NCBI GenBank assembly: GCA_010015585.1
Contig: ML975152.1
Reading direction: 5' to 3' (one strand)
Source of the DNA: Eremomyces bilateralis CBS 781.70
Taxonomy: Eukaryota
Length of the DNA: 64,000 bases
Shown: positions 24,773 through 34,264 of the stretch, piece by piece
Position numbering within the stretch: the first letter of the stretch is position 1
Layout: each line of letters starts with the position of its first letter
Position numbers and translations under genes: made by a program
Notes under the pieces: model-generated
The model's database searches: none
The model's input: the letters and a program-made list of their open reading frames with translations, nothing else
Told to the model about the DNA's origin: nothing

Positions 24773-27214
24773 TTATATTTTTGTGTCCACACCAACGACT
24801 GTCGGACTCGGCAAGCTCGCAGTATACCTTGAAACCGTCTCCACAGCACATTCCAGCTCTTTCGTAAAGTTGTCTTTCTTTTGTTTCTGCAAGATTCCCC
24901 GCTTCCTTTTCCCTTTCGGACTCTGGGCATTAGGAAATATCAAGCCTAGGGGCCGGCGATCGTAGAACTCTGCACGCTCGAAATCCACAAGCATGAGCTT
25001 GCCGCTATTTGTATTGTATAGAATGTTGCGGGGCTCTGCATCACGGTGAAGAACACCCAATTTGTGCACTGCTTTGAGCATTGTGCTGACGGCGTCGTTG
25101 ATGCCCGGTTTAAGGTCCTGGTCCACACAGTCAAACAGGGGTTGTCCAGCCCAGCTGAGAAACATGAAATGCACGTAAACACCGCAGTCATAGTAGTATG
25201 GCCGGACCAAGTCTATACGGTCGAGACATACGGGAACGTGTTTTCCCTGGATAGGCCGGAGTCGGTTGTACATCTCGTTCTCGTGCTGTAAGAGGGCACG
25301 ATCGAGTCCCTCCACACCCTTGGCAACGAGCGTATAGCCGTGGGATGACAGCCGAACCTTGAAGAGTGATCCCCGCGCCCCCGATAGATAGAGTGGTGTG
25401 CAATCCGCATCGCTGCCGCGGTCCGTGGCAAGCTGGTCTCGGATGAGTCGGAGGAACTCGAGCCGGCTGATGTGCTCCTGCCCGTGATAGTCTGCGTTAA
25501 GGCAGTTCTCGTCCGTAGGCCCGCCATATGCTAATCCCAGGAGACAATTTTGTGAACAGAATGGCCGGCTTTGTATGTCCGACTTCGTCGCTGGGCCCGA
25601 CTGCTGCTGATTGCCTCGGTGTTGTCCTTGGTTCCCACCACCATGCGAGCTTGTTCCTCTCGACGGCGCCGCTTTCCCATCAGTGCGAGAGGGATTGGGG
25701 GTAGGGGAAGGAGGGTCGTCGTCTTCCTCTGACGGTCCAGCACTAGGGTTCGGCTGCTGGCAGCGAGACCGGGTCCGAACTGGCGACCTCTTGAAGCCTT
25801 TCCAGCGCTGCGGCTTATATGGAGAAGCACGGGGTTCCTTACGTTTTCGTTCTGTGGCGGGGATATCTTTCAGAATATCATCGTACTCCACAGCCCAAAG
25901 ACCAAGGGTCTCGGTCTCGTCTTGCCATGACTGGGTTGGTGGACTTGCGCGAAGAGCTTGGAGAATAAAGGCTAAAACCTGTGCGACGGCTGTTCGATGG
26001 AGTCTCGTCTCATCGTCATCCATTACGTCTTGGTCCGGTAAGCATACCGAGTAGTAGACTATTGACGGATCGTCTGGAATGTGGAGGAAGACGAGTGCCT
26101 GTCCAGTGCACACGTAACCGTACCGGATGCTCTTGCCGATCATATAGGAGAAGAGCTGGGTGATGACGGCAGCGGTGAGCCGCTTGGCTGTGAAGTCAAA
26201 ACCTCGGCCATCATGGTTGATCACATCACGTTCCGGCTGAATTTCTGACTCAAGGCCTGTGATGATCTCATCCACTGTCAGCTTGTGCGGTGCCTTGTAT
26301 TCAATAGCGAGCGCTGGGACTTTTTGGCCACCCGTAGTCCTGTATATACAAAACTGGTCCGCCCGATTGCCCCTGCCCCTCGCTTTGCGACGAGTATTGG
26401 AAGCCGTCGGTCGCTCCGGGATAAACGCTGACGCCACTACATCAGAGCTTCCCCCACCAAGAGGCATGTGCTCCATGGGCTGAGATATGGGATCGTCGGT
26501 TGTACCGAGATTCGTGTGACTTTCGAATGTCACGGACCCTTGGAGGTCAAGATTTCTTCGTAGTAGTGGATCCGTGTATGCCCTGTCCATTAAATTTTGA
26601 ACGGCGTTTTCGACGACAACATGCTCGAAGTATCGGAGCCCAATCTCACTGCTAATAGGCTTGAGCATCGACTTCACGTAATCCATCTGATGCTTAGATG
26701 GAAATGCGGGCGTGGAGAACAAGTCGCCGACCGAAAGGGCGTTCCAGATCTCCTCCTGTCTCATTGCAAAGTCATCCCAGGGTATAATTTGTCGAGGGAA
26801 AATTCGGCCGGTCGGATTGGTAGTCTCGCCTTGCGTAGTCAAAGATCGGTTAGTTACAACCTGAATAGCAAGATAGACTGAATGGCAGGTCTCGAGGTAT
26901 TGCTGAAGGGTCTGCGGCTGCGATGTAGTGGCAAGTTCTTCGGCTGCTTTGCGTCCGCGTTGCTCCTCTTCACGTTGTCGCTGCGATGTAGCGGCAAGTT
27001 CTTCGGCTGCTTCGCGTCCGCGTTGCTCCTCTTCGCGTCCGCGTTGCTCCTCTTCGCGTTGTCGCTGCGATGTAGCGGCAAGTTCTTCGGCTGCTTCGCG
27101 TCGGCGTTGCTCCTCTTCGCGTTGTCGCTGCGATGTAGCGGCAAGTTCTTCGGCTGCTTCGCGTCGACGTTGCTCCTCTAGGAGCCTTCGTCGCAGGTCT
27201 TCGATATCGTCCAT
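24773..27214 (-). CDS. Spok-like protein (coiled coil + PD-(D/E)xK nuclease + Cys cluster + kinase), 813 aa, intronless
   Basis: N-terminal heptad repeats; RADQFCIY...AIEYKAPHKL (K307); QLFSYM...YGYVCTG; C553-x3-C557-x13-C571-x5-H577; GARGSLFKV, LVAKG, LHRD(725)AEPRNIL, LVDFER. Confidence 0.85.
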   Translation of the reverse strand: MDDIEDLRRRLLEEQRRREAAEELAATSQRQREEEQRRREAAEELAATSQRQREEEQRGREEEQRGREAAEELAATSQRQREEEQRGRKAAEELATTSQPQTLQQYLETCHSVYLAIQVVTNRSLTTQGETTNPTGRIFPRQIIPWDDFAMRQEEIWNALSVGDLFSTPAFPSKHQMDYVKSMLKPISSEIGLRYFEHVVVENAVQNLMDRAYTDPLLRRNLDLQGSVTFESHTNLGTTDDPISQPMEHMPLGGGSSDVVASAFIPERPTASNTRRKARGRGNRADQFCIYRTTGGQKVPALAIEYKAPHKLTVDEIITGLESEIQPERDVINHDGRGFDFTAKRLTAAVITQLFSYMIGKSIRYGYVCTGQALVFLHIPDDPSIVYYSVCLPDQDVMDDDETRLHRTAVAQVLAFILQALRASPPTQSWQDETETLGLWAVEYDDILKDIPATERKRKEPRASPYKPQRWKGFKRSPVRTRSRCQQPNPSAGPSEEDDDPPSPTPNPSRTDGKAAPSRGTSSHGGGNQGQHRGNQQQSGPATKSDIQSRPFCSQNCLLGLAYGGPTDENCLNADYHGQEHISRLEFLRLIRDQLATDRGSDADCTPLYLSGARGSLFKVRLSSHGYTLVAKGVEGLDRALLQHENEMYNRLRPIQGKHVPVCLDRIDLVRPYYYDCGVYVHFMFLSWAGQPLFDCVDQDLKPGINDAVSTMLKAVHKLGVLHRDAEPRNILYNTNSGKLMLVDFERAEFYDRRPLGLIFPNAQSPKGKRKRGILQKQKKDNFTKELECAVETVSRYTASLPSPTVVGVDTKI
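26918..27178 (-). repeat. Coding tandem repeat: 63-bp (21-aa) unit x~3.8 plus one extra 21-bp (7-aa) unit
   Basis: EEQRRREAAEELAATSQRQRE x2, EEQRGRE, EEQRGREAAEELAATSQRQRE, EEQRGRKAAEELATTSQ; copies nearly identical at DNA level. Confidence 0.95.
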
Positions 27215-28359
27215 TATGATGGTAGCGTAGGCAAAAGGTTCGTTCGCTCAGAAGACTATACTAGAGGCTAGAGCTCATTTGATCAATCTGGACGATCCTG
27301 GCAGGGACCTGATATGAAGGGAGACTGGATCTGGATAAGCTAGGTGATTGCCGTTGGTTAATGATGTTGGGTGCAAATACGTTGGCTGCGGGTTGTTGGT
27401 GGTTAGGAGCGAGGGGGGGTAAGTCGCGGCAAGACGATGTAAACACAGGGCGCGTTTGGAACCCCTCGCCCCATGATAGAGGGATTTACTACAGCTGCGT
27501 AATTACGTCGTAGATTGGAAAGTTTTGGGAGTGTTAGGATTTGGAATGTCTGCAGATGCTCAATGTATAACGCAGAGGTAGAGAGACGATCAAGATCGAC
27601 AAGGGCAAAAATGTTATAATAGGAAACTGTTCCCGAGGGACTGTCCAAAGGTCTGTAGAACTTCTGTTGTATTGTAATTGAAACCAAAATAACAGTGCAG
27701 AACCGCTCCTTATATAATCCTCCTGCCTATCCGTTTGCAGCACATTCCTTAACTTCGCCATAGGGGAATGTTCTTCCCTTTATTCCATATCTCTTTGTCT
27801 AACTCATACAAAGGAAAGCCCAAACCGGAAGGCTAATCCCAACACGTCAGTCACAGGCCTTCAGATTACATCCTACCATCGTAGAACCAAAGGGGTGGGG
27901 TGGTAATAGTAAATACCATAAACATAGCTTATCAACATTATCAACTTAAGAAATTACATTCATGTCCTTTAACTATCCGCAGAGTATCTATTCCAGGTTT
28001 CCGCTATGATGGTGGATAATACGGCTGTTCTTTGCCGGCTGCCTACAACCCAGGAAATTCAAATCCGCCTCAGCCCAGAATGCAAGCATATTCAACATTC
28101 CTCCATGTTCTGTGAAGCCCCGTTCTCGTCTGGTCTGTCTCCATCTCATCGCACTTGTTGCATCTTCAAATCGGTTTGTGCAATTTTGGTTTTTTTCTGT
28201 CAAGTCCTTCGTTACAAAATGCCGGCCGAGCGCATAGCCTCGCAAACTCCCGACATCTTCGTGACACGAGACACCTCTTAGGGAAAGATTGGAGTGCCAT
28301 TGAATTTCGTCATATCTGTATCGTTACCGCCCATCTGTATCTCATGGTGCGGACTAAGA

Positions 28360-30669
28360 CTACACGATGCGGATGGTCACCCTAGGACTCTCTTCCAGCT
28401 CATCTCCGGCGACCATTGGCATCCATGCTTCATCCACAAGGACATGTTCACCACCTCCCACATGTCTTAGAACGATTGGGAGCGGTGCCCCTACCACCAA
28501 GGCAATGCTATCCCCTTCTTGCACATCCGCAGGGAAAAGCCCGATGAAACCCTGCGTTGACAGTCCAAGTCGACGACCGGTTCCATAGCGAACCAGATTC
28601 TTCCGTATCAGGTCGTGCCCATACGGGTCATACTTGAAGGCGGGGTCCACGAGTTGCGATCGGACGGCCTTGAGATCCAGCATGTTATGGTACTCATCCA
28701 CTTCTTTTGCCGTCTTCGGCGGGTCCCCGTAACGATTTGCCTGGATCCTATCCAGGGAGAGAAACTCTTTCCATCCTTCTGTGGGGTACTCGTACTCGCT
28801 CGCCAGATTGTTCTGAAGATACTCGATGGCATAACTCTGGAGATCCTCTCTTTCTGCGGCTTCATCAACAAACTGTTGCCAAGCCTCCATCACAGCGTCT
28901 AGCTGGCCGGTGGTGGAATCGTTGGGAACGACCGTATCACAGACCAGGTCAACGGTCTCCCAGAAGATTCCTTCCGTAAGGAGTGTTTCGCCCTCGACTT
29001 TCATTCGTGGCGTTCCACTGATATGTCCGCCGGTATTGAAAAGCCGAAAAGGCTGGGCTTTCCACTCCTCCAACAGATTTGGCGCCCAAGAAGGAACATC
29101 GTGGTCCCGTTCTGGGTTTTGACAGAGCCCGAATGTGACCGGGCATTCCTCTTCCTTGAAGATTGCGAGCACCGCGTTCGTCATCACCTTTTCAAAAGGC
29201 AGACGATAGTCGACAGGCACGTCATAAATCTCATGATCGGCGAGTCCAAGTATAGCGTACACTTTGTCCCTGGGATCAGTCGCTTTTCGCGCTCTCATGT
29301 GATCCAAAAGGAAGGATAGTTCAAGGAACTGAGTCCCATGTTTATTCTTCTCCTTCAGATCCAATATCTCGCTTGCACTCTCGTAGAAGGGGACCACCTC
29401 CTGTATTGGGTTCGGCTCCATGAGGGTTTCGGGATGAAACCCAATGTCTTCAACGTATGCTACAGCCGAGAAGAAATCACCCAGTTCATAGAAGTCCAAC
29501 GTTTTCCCGCCGTAACATATGGAGGCGTCCCGTGTTAACGCTATCGGAAGGGTGAGTTGAGGTCACGCTGAATAGAACGGAACGTAGTTTACTAACCAAC
29601 CTCCTGACGTACCCAGCACCGCGACCACCAAGGCATTTGGAAAAACCGCCGCAATTCTTCCCAGTTTTTCTGGACCACCTCTATTGTGGACTTCTTATGT
29701 TGTCGCTCCCTACGCCCGGGTTGACGGTCATTGTGCAGGATGGCGCCCTTAATCACATCGATGGCATTATAACTGGGGTCCACAGGCTCTCCGAGCCAGA
29801 TAGTAACACCGCGCGACAATTTGTATATCTCGCGCATCAAACCTACCTGCGCGTTGCGTTCTTCGACGTCGGATTGGTTGATACCTGTTTGATATACTTT
29901 AGCCTCGTCCTGGTGCCTCATATATATTCAGAAAGAAGACACTACACGTACAAACCTGGTCAATCCACCATTTTCCTTGCGTTAGATTTTCGATCTTACT
30001 CAGCTCCACCAACGCGTTCTTGAGACTAGTGGTGATACTCGCTCGCTGACCATCAATGATTATGCTCGCATCAAACACGGAATCTCCCCAGGTATAAGAC
30101 AACGCCGTGTACTCCTTTGGCTGCGACTCCGCCATGACCTCGGCAAACCAATTGGGGTCTTTTCTCATCTTCGCCAGGTTCTCTGGATCGGACATGTCTG
30201 GGATTTCTGGCATTGTCCACGAATCACTGTCGAAGGAGTCCAAGCTGACATGGTGGAGTTTTCCCTTGAGAGTCTCGGGGTCGGATCTGTCTTTCACGAG
30301 TTCCAGGACCCGGATCTGTCGCTGAGAGGAGTCGAGTGGCTTGTATTCAAATTCCTTTGGCTCTTCGACTTCATCTTGCTCCTCGAATAGGCCGCCGAAC
30401 CTTACTTCGTCTGTTGGGTCTTCTGCATCGTCTGTTGGCTTTCGTTCCCCGTCTGTTGGTCCCTCAGCAGAGGGGACCATAGGAAGAGCGGGTTGCGGAT
30501 TGCCAGGCACCTCCCACCATTTCGGGTTTCTGAAGCTATCGAGCTCGCCTAGTCCTAGCTTTTCCAATACGGCGCCGAGAGCATTCTGCACTGTGTCAAA
30601 CTTCGTATACATGTTGTCCCTGTAGTATGGTTCCAGCGCCGGATCGAGATCGGGGTATGGGTGTGACAT
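28360..30669 (-). CDS. HET-domain (heterokaryon incompatibility, het-6-like) protein, 3 exons
   Basis: YKPLDS...QIRVL, YTALSYTWG, WWIDQVCINQSD (restored by intron 29951-29885, GTACGT...CAG), ERNAQVGLMREIY, WWSRCWVRQEVAL (intron 29596-29541), ATDPRDKVYAILGL, VPSWAP. Confidence 0.92.
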
Positions 30670-31005
30670 CTTTGGAATTTATTTCGAAAATTGCACAGGA
30701 TTTCAGTTGATTGGGGACACCTGCAACTGTAGAGGCCAAAAGAAAGCAAATTTAGGGACTCTAATAACTCCAAGCTTTTCTACTATGTTTTCATGAAAAC
30801 ATCGGGGAAGGATAGCAGCAATTACAGGAAAGGAGACATTTTGTTGGGGATTTTATTTCTTAAGGGCTAAATTGTACCGGTCAAGGTCCTCCGCAACCGA
30901 AGGACGCCGTCTCGTATGAATACGAGAGACCCCTGTAATTATATCACTGCACACCAAGACTGACGGTCGGAAATTTCAGAAAACATTAAAGCAACAGGCG
31001 TCAAG

Positions 31006-32875
31006 TCACACCGAAGATAGGTTCGAATAAGCTCGAACTATCGCATTGGCTTCCTCGTCCACGCGGCTTCTGGGGGCCCTATCCGTGCTCATTCTACCCA
31101 CCACTTCTTCCTCCTCCTTGTCACGTAGCATCCTCTCCAAGGTACCAGCCCTACGCCGCCTGACACCGTCTCGTATGTCTGAATTACCGTTGCTTGACAG
31201 GGTGCCGGGCCTACCCTCGAGCGCTGCAGCGGCTCGGACGGCAGTCATCGTCTCTTCCTCAACCCGACCGCGAGCAAAACCACCTTCATCACGGTCCTCC
31301 TGCATCTGAGGCCACAGAACCTGACGAGTGATGACGGCGCGGATCGTCATACAGAACACGAAGGCCCAGGTAAGGAGAACCATGCATGCAAGCACGCATC
31401 CGAAGATTTGGATCGGGCGACTTGGGCCTAATACCTTTGCCACGGTAAACGTCGCGGACACAAGTGCGGTGTTCGGGAAGACGAAGGAATACCACGTCAT
31501 CGCAAACTCCATATGTCCTTTGGCGGCACTGCTATAGTGTGCTCCGATGGAAATAAGAAAGAACCAGAGAGCCAGTCCCCACATCCAGATTCCAGTCCAG
31601 TTAGCGATGACCATGGATATCGCCCCAGCTAATTTTCCATCTATTCCCATGAACTCTTCGTGTGACTCTAAGATAGCAGGAAGTAGATTGCCCATGTTCA
31701 TTATGCCGTTGATGGTGAAGCCAGAAGGGCCGACTGATATGAACATCCCGGGTCGGACTGATTCCCTAGGCAGCTTTTCTGTCATCAGGCGATAGATGAA
31801 TGAAGCATAGATCATGAATGCCACCATGAAACCTGTTGCCTGTAGGACGTAACCCCCAATAATCACCTGAAGCGCCCGATGGTTCGGGAGTTTGCCAGCG
31901 AGATTGCCAGCGTACGGTCCAGCAAGAAGCAGTGGATACGCAGGAAAGATCCAAGTAGGTGTCATACGGGATATGGTAAAGGTTTGGGTGGACCACCTGC
32001 AAGGGCATTAATAAATTGTCGACAGGAAAGACTGAACTGGACCAGGCATACATGACCAAATAAATGCCACACGAGAAGATTATCGCTAACGCACAATAAA
32101 TCCAGAAGAGTACCATCATTGCTTCTGTCAACCATGTATCCACTTGAAGCCCATGTCCCCTGTCGACCGTACTCCGTGTCCCATATTGTGTGATGTTGAT
32201 CAAGATAGTCCCGAAACTTATGATAGCAGCCGGCGCGAAAAGGGATTCGGTAGGATGTATAAACGAAGCCCTGAATGTGACAGGATATAGGTAAAATCGA
32301 GTGGATATCATTGCGATGTTGAAAGCGAACAGAACTATATTGAATAGAAAAAAGAAGCATCCGATTTCATACAGCCCTGGGAATCGAAGGGGGACTGAGT
32401 AGGCCTATTAGTGACATCCATCTAAGCCGGCATGTATGGGATACTTACTAGAATGTATCATATTCGCAAGACCGCCAGTTGCCATGGTCATCGCAAACCA
32501 TGTCCAAGTAAAATGCTTTATCCGCTGTTTAAACCCCAGACTCGGCGCCCGTTGACCATCCCAATACGAATACTGTCTAGAACTCGGGCCGGCGGCCCCT
32601 GGAGGTCTTCCATTCCAGTCCTCCATTTTAGGCACGAATCCCTTGTGTTGCCTGGGTCCCATATCCTCCTCCCTGAAGACTTCTGGCCGAGCTTTTGGAT
32701 GGTCTCGGAATGGGTCTTCAGCGACACTCCGTAAAGAAGGTCTTCCAGCGAAGTCGATCCGGGAAGTCCTACTGGTAGAAGGCGTATGGGTCCTCCAAGC
32801 AACGGAATCTTGACTCCGGGGTTGAATATCTTCGTAGACGGGGCCGGATGGCTGAGTCATTCTGGCCGGGAGCAT
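31006..32875 (-). CDS. C4-dicarboxylate/malic acid transporter (SLAC1/TDT family, Mae1-like), 3 exons
   Basis: RIKHFTWTWFAMTMATGGLA, SFIHPTESLF, MTPTWIFPAYP, RPGMFISVGPSGFT, FAMTWYSFVFPNTA. Start is ATG 32875 or 32860. Confidence 0.9.
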
Positions 32876-34264
32876 GCGGCCTGGAGCTGATATCGAGCAA
32901 GCCGACGACGGCAAGACCCCCTAGCTTTTTATATCTCCGATGTGTTCGGTATGATTCTAGGCTTCTAGCATATTGACCTGCAATGGAAACATTGCAAGAG
33001 AGGCGAATTGGTGCCGAATGAGGTCAGGATTCCGGCCCACCTGTTCAAGGCTCCTTATCAGTTGTAAGCTGCTAAGGAAATGTTCTTGAATGGCGAATCG
33101 AAGGTAGAACATTTATGATTAGGAGGTGAACCGGCCGTATAATTTGTCAAAACTCCAATTGGAGACCGATACTGTCTCCTAGGTGCGGAATTCGTGGGTG
33201 TGAGGCATCTGACGAAACGTCCCAAGGGAATATGTCTCTGTATAACCTGAAGCCATCCGACCGGCTCCCTCGTGCTCTGCGCCGTTGCGGAGACGTCCCC
33301 ATGAATTATGAACCCCACTAGAAGCAGCGCAGATCAAGCTCAAGTGCTGCATTGGTGACTGATCGTGCCTCGTTTGTACATGATATCCGTGGGCTCCGTA
33401 ATGGTGCCTCCATAGCCGTAGACGTCATTGGTTGGCTAGAAGGATGCAAGCATCAGCGCCGGGTTGATGTGCAGAATTCATGACAGGCCTAGCTTGCCCC
33501 TGCTGGGCACCGCGGGGTGACTCGAAGTGCAATTGGTATCCTATCTACAGGTGTCAGGTAGTCGTACAGCTGATGATGAATGTATGAAATTCTTTTGGAT
33601 GGTTGCACAAGCGTGGCGACGGAGATTATGTCACGATGCCCATGGTGAATATCTTGGGGAAGCTAGCCATGCCAGCCATGCTCTAACCCGATGAGAAGCA
33701 AAGTATATGCTTGTTTGAGCAGTAGATATTAACCGTTGTCGAAACTCGTGATCGACACACTGATCGATGCACGAAGATACGAATGGGGCATACCCGTGAC
33801 ATCAACACATGGCTGCATTTGTGGAACCGAGGATGCGAAGGCTGACCATCATCCCTTATCCTAGCACCTTATCGAGCGCTCCTGAGGTTAAGATGATTGC
33901 TTGTATCTAAACTATGCTACGGTAACAGTATACTATATCGCTTCCTCTTGGGGTATCGTACAAAATCACCCGACCCTTGGGATAAATAGTCCTGTTTACG
34001 TTCCGTATAACACCAAGCCGTACTCAGCGTCATTCCCTTATAGACGCCGTGCGACCCTGGTTTCCGCCTGAAGGTGCTAGAATGAGCACTCGCAAGACAC
34101 GGCAGACTGCAGCTATTGATGTCTCGAACCCTCGCTCATGCTACATTCGGCTGGAACGACCAGCAACCGTCGTCTTAAAACGCCTCGATATGATCAAATG
34201 GGCAGACGAAAAAATAGAGAGATCCATCATACCGGACTCTGCCCTCTCTTACAACGCTTCCTGC

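Noticed and set aside
26918..27178. Regularly spaced repeats resembling a CRISPR array
   Set aside because: No unique spacers; in-frame coding repeat in a eukaryotic gene; no cas genes.
27988..28281. Small ORFs between the HET and Spok-like genes as a separate antidote
   Set aside because: No recognisable motifs or splice structure, and Spok-type proteins carry their own resistance domain; cannot be fully excluded without RNA data.
22900..30900. Complete Starship element
   Set aside because: No DUF3435 tyrosine-recombinase captain and no recognisable direct repeats; block is far smaller than typical Starships.
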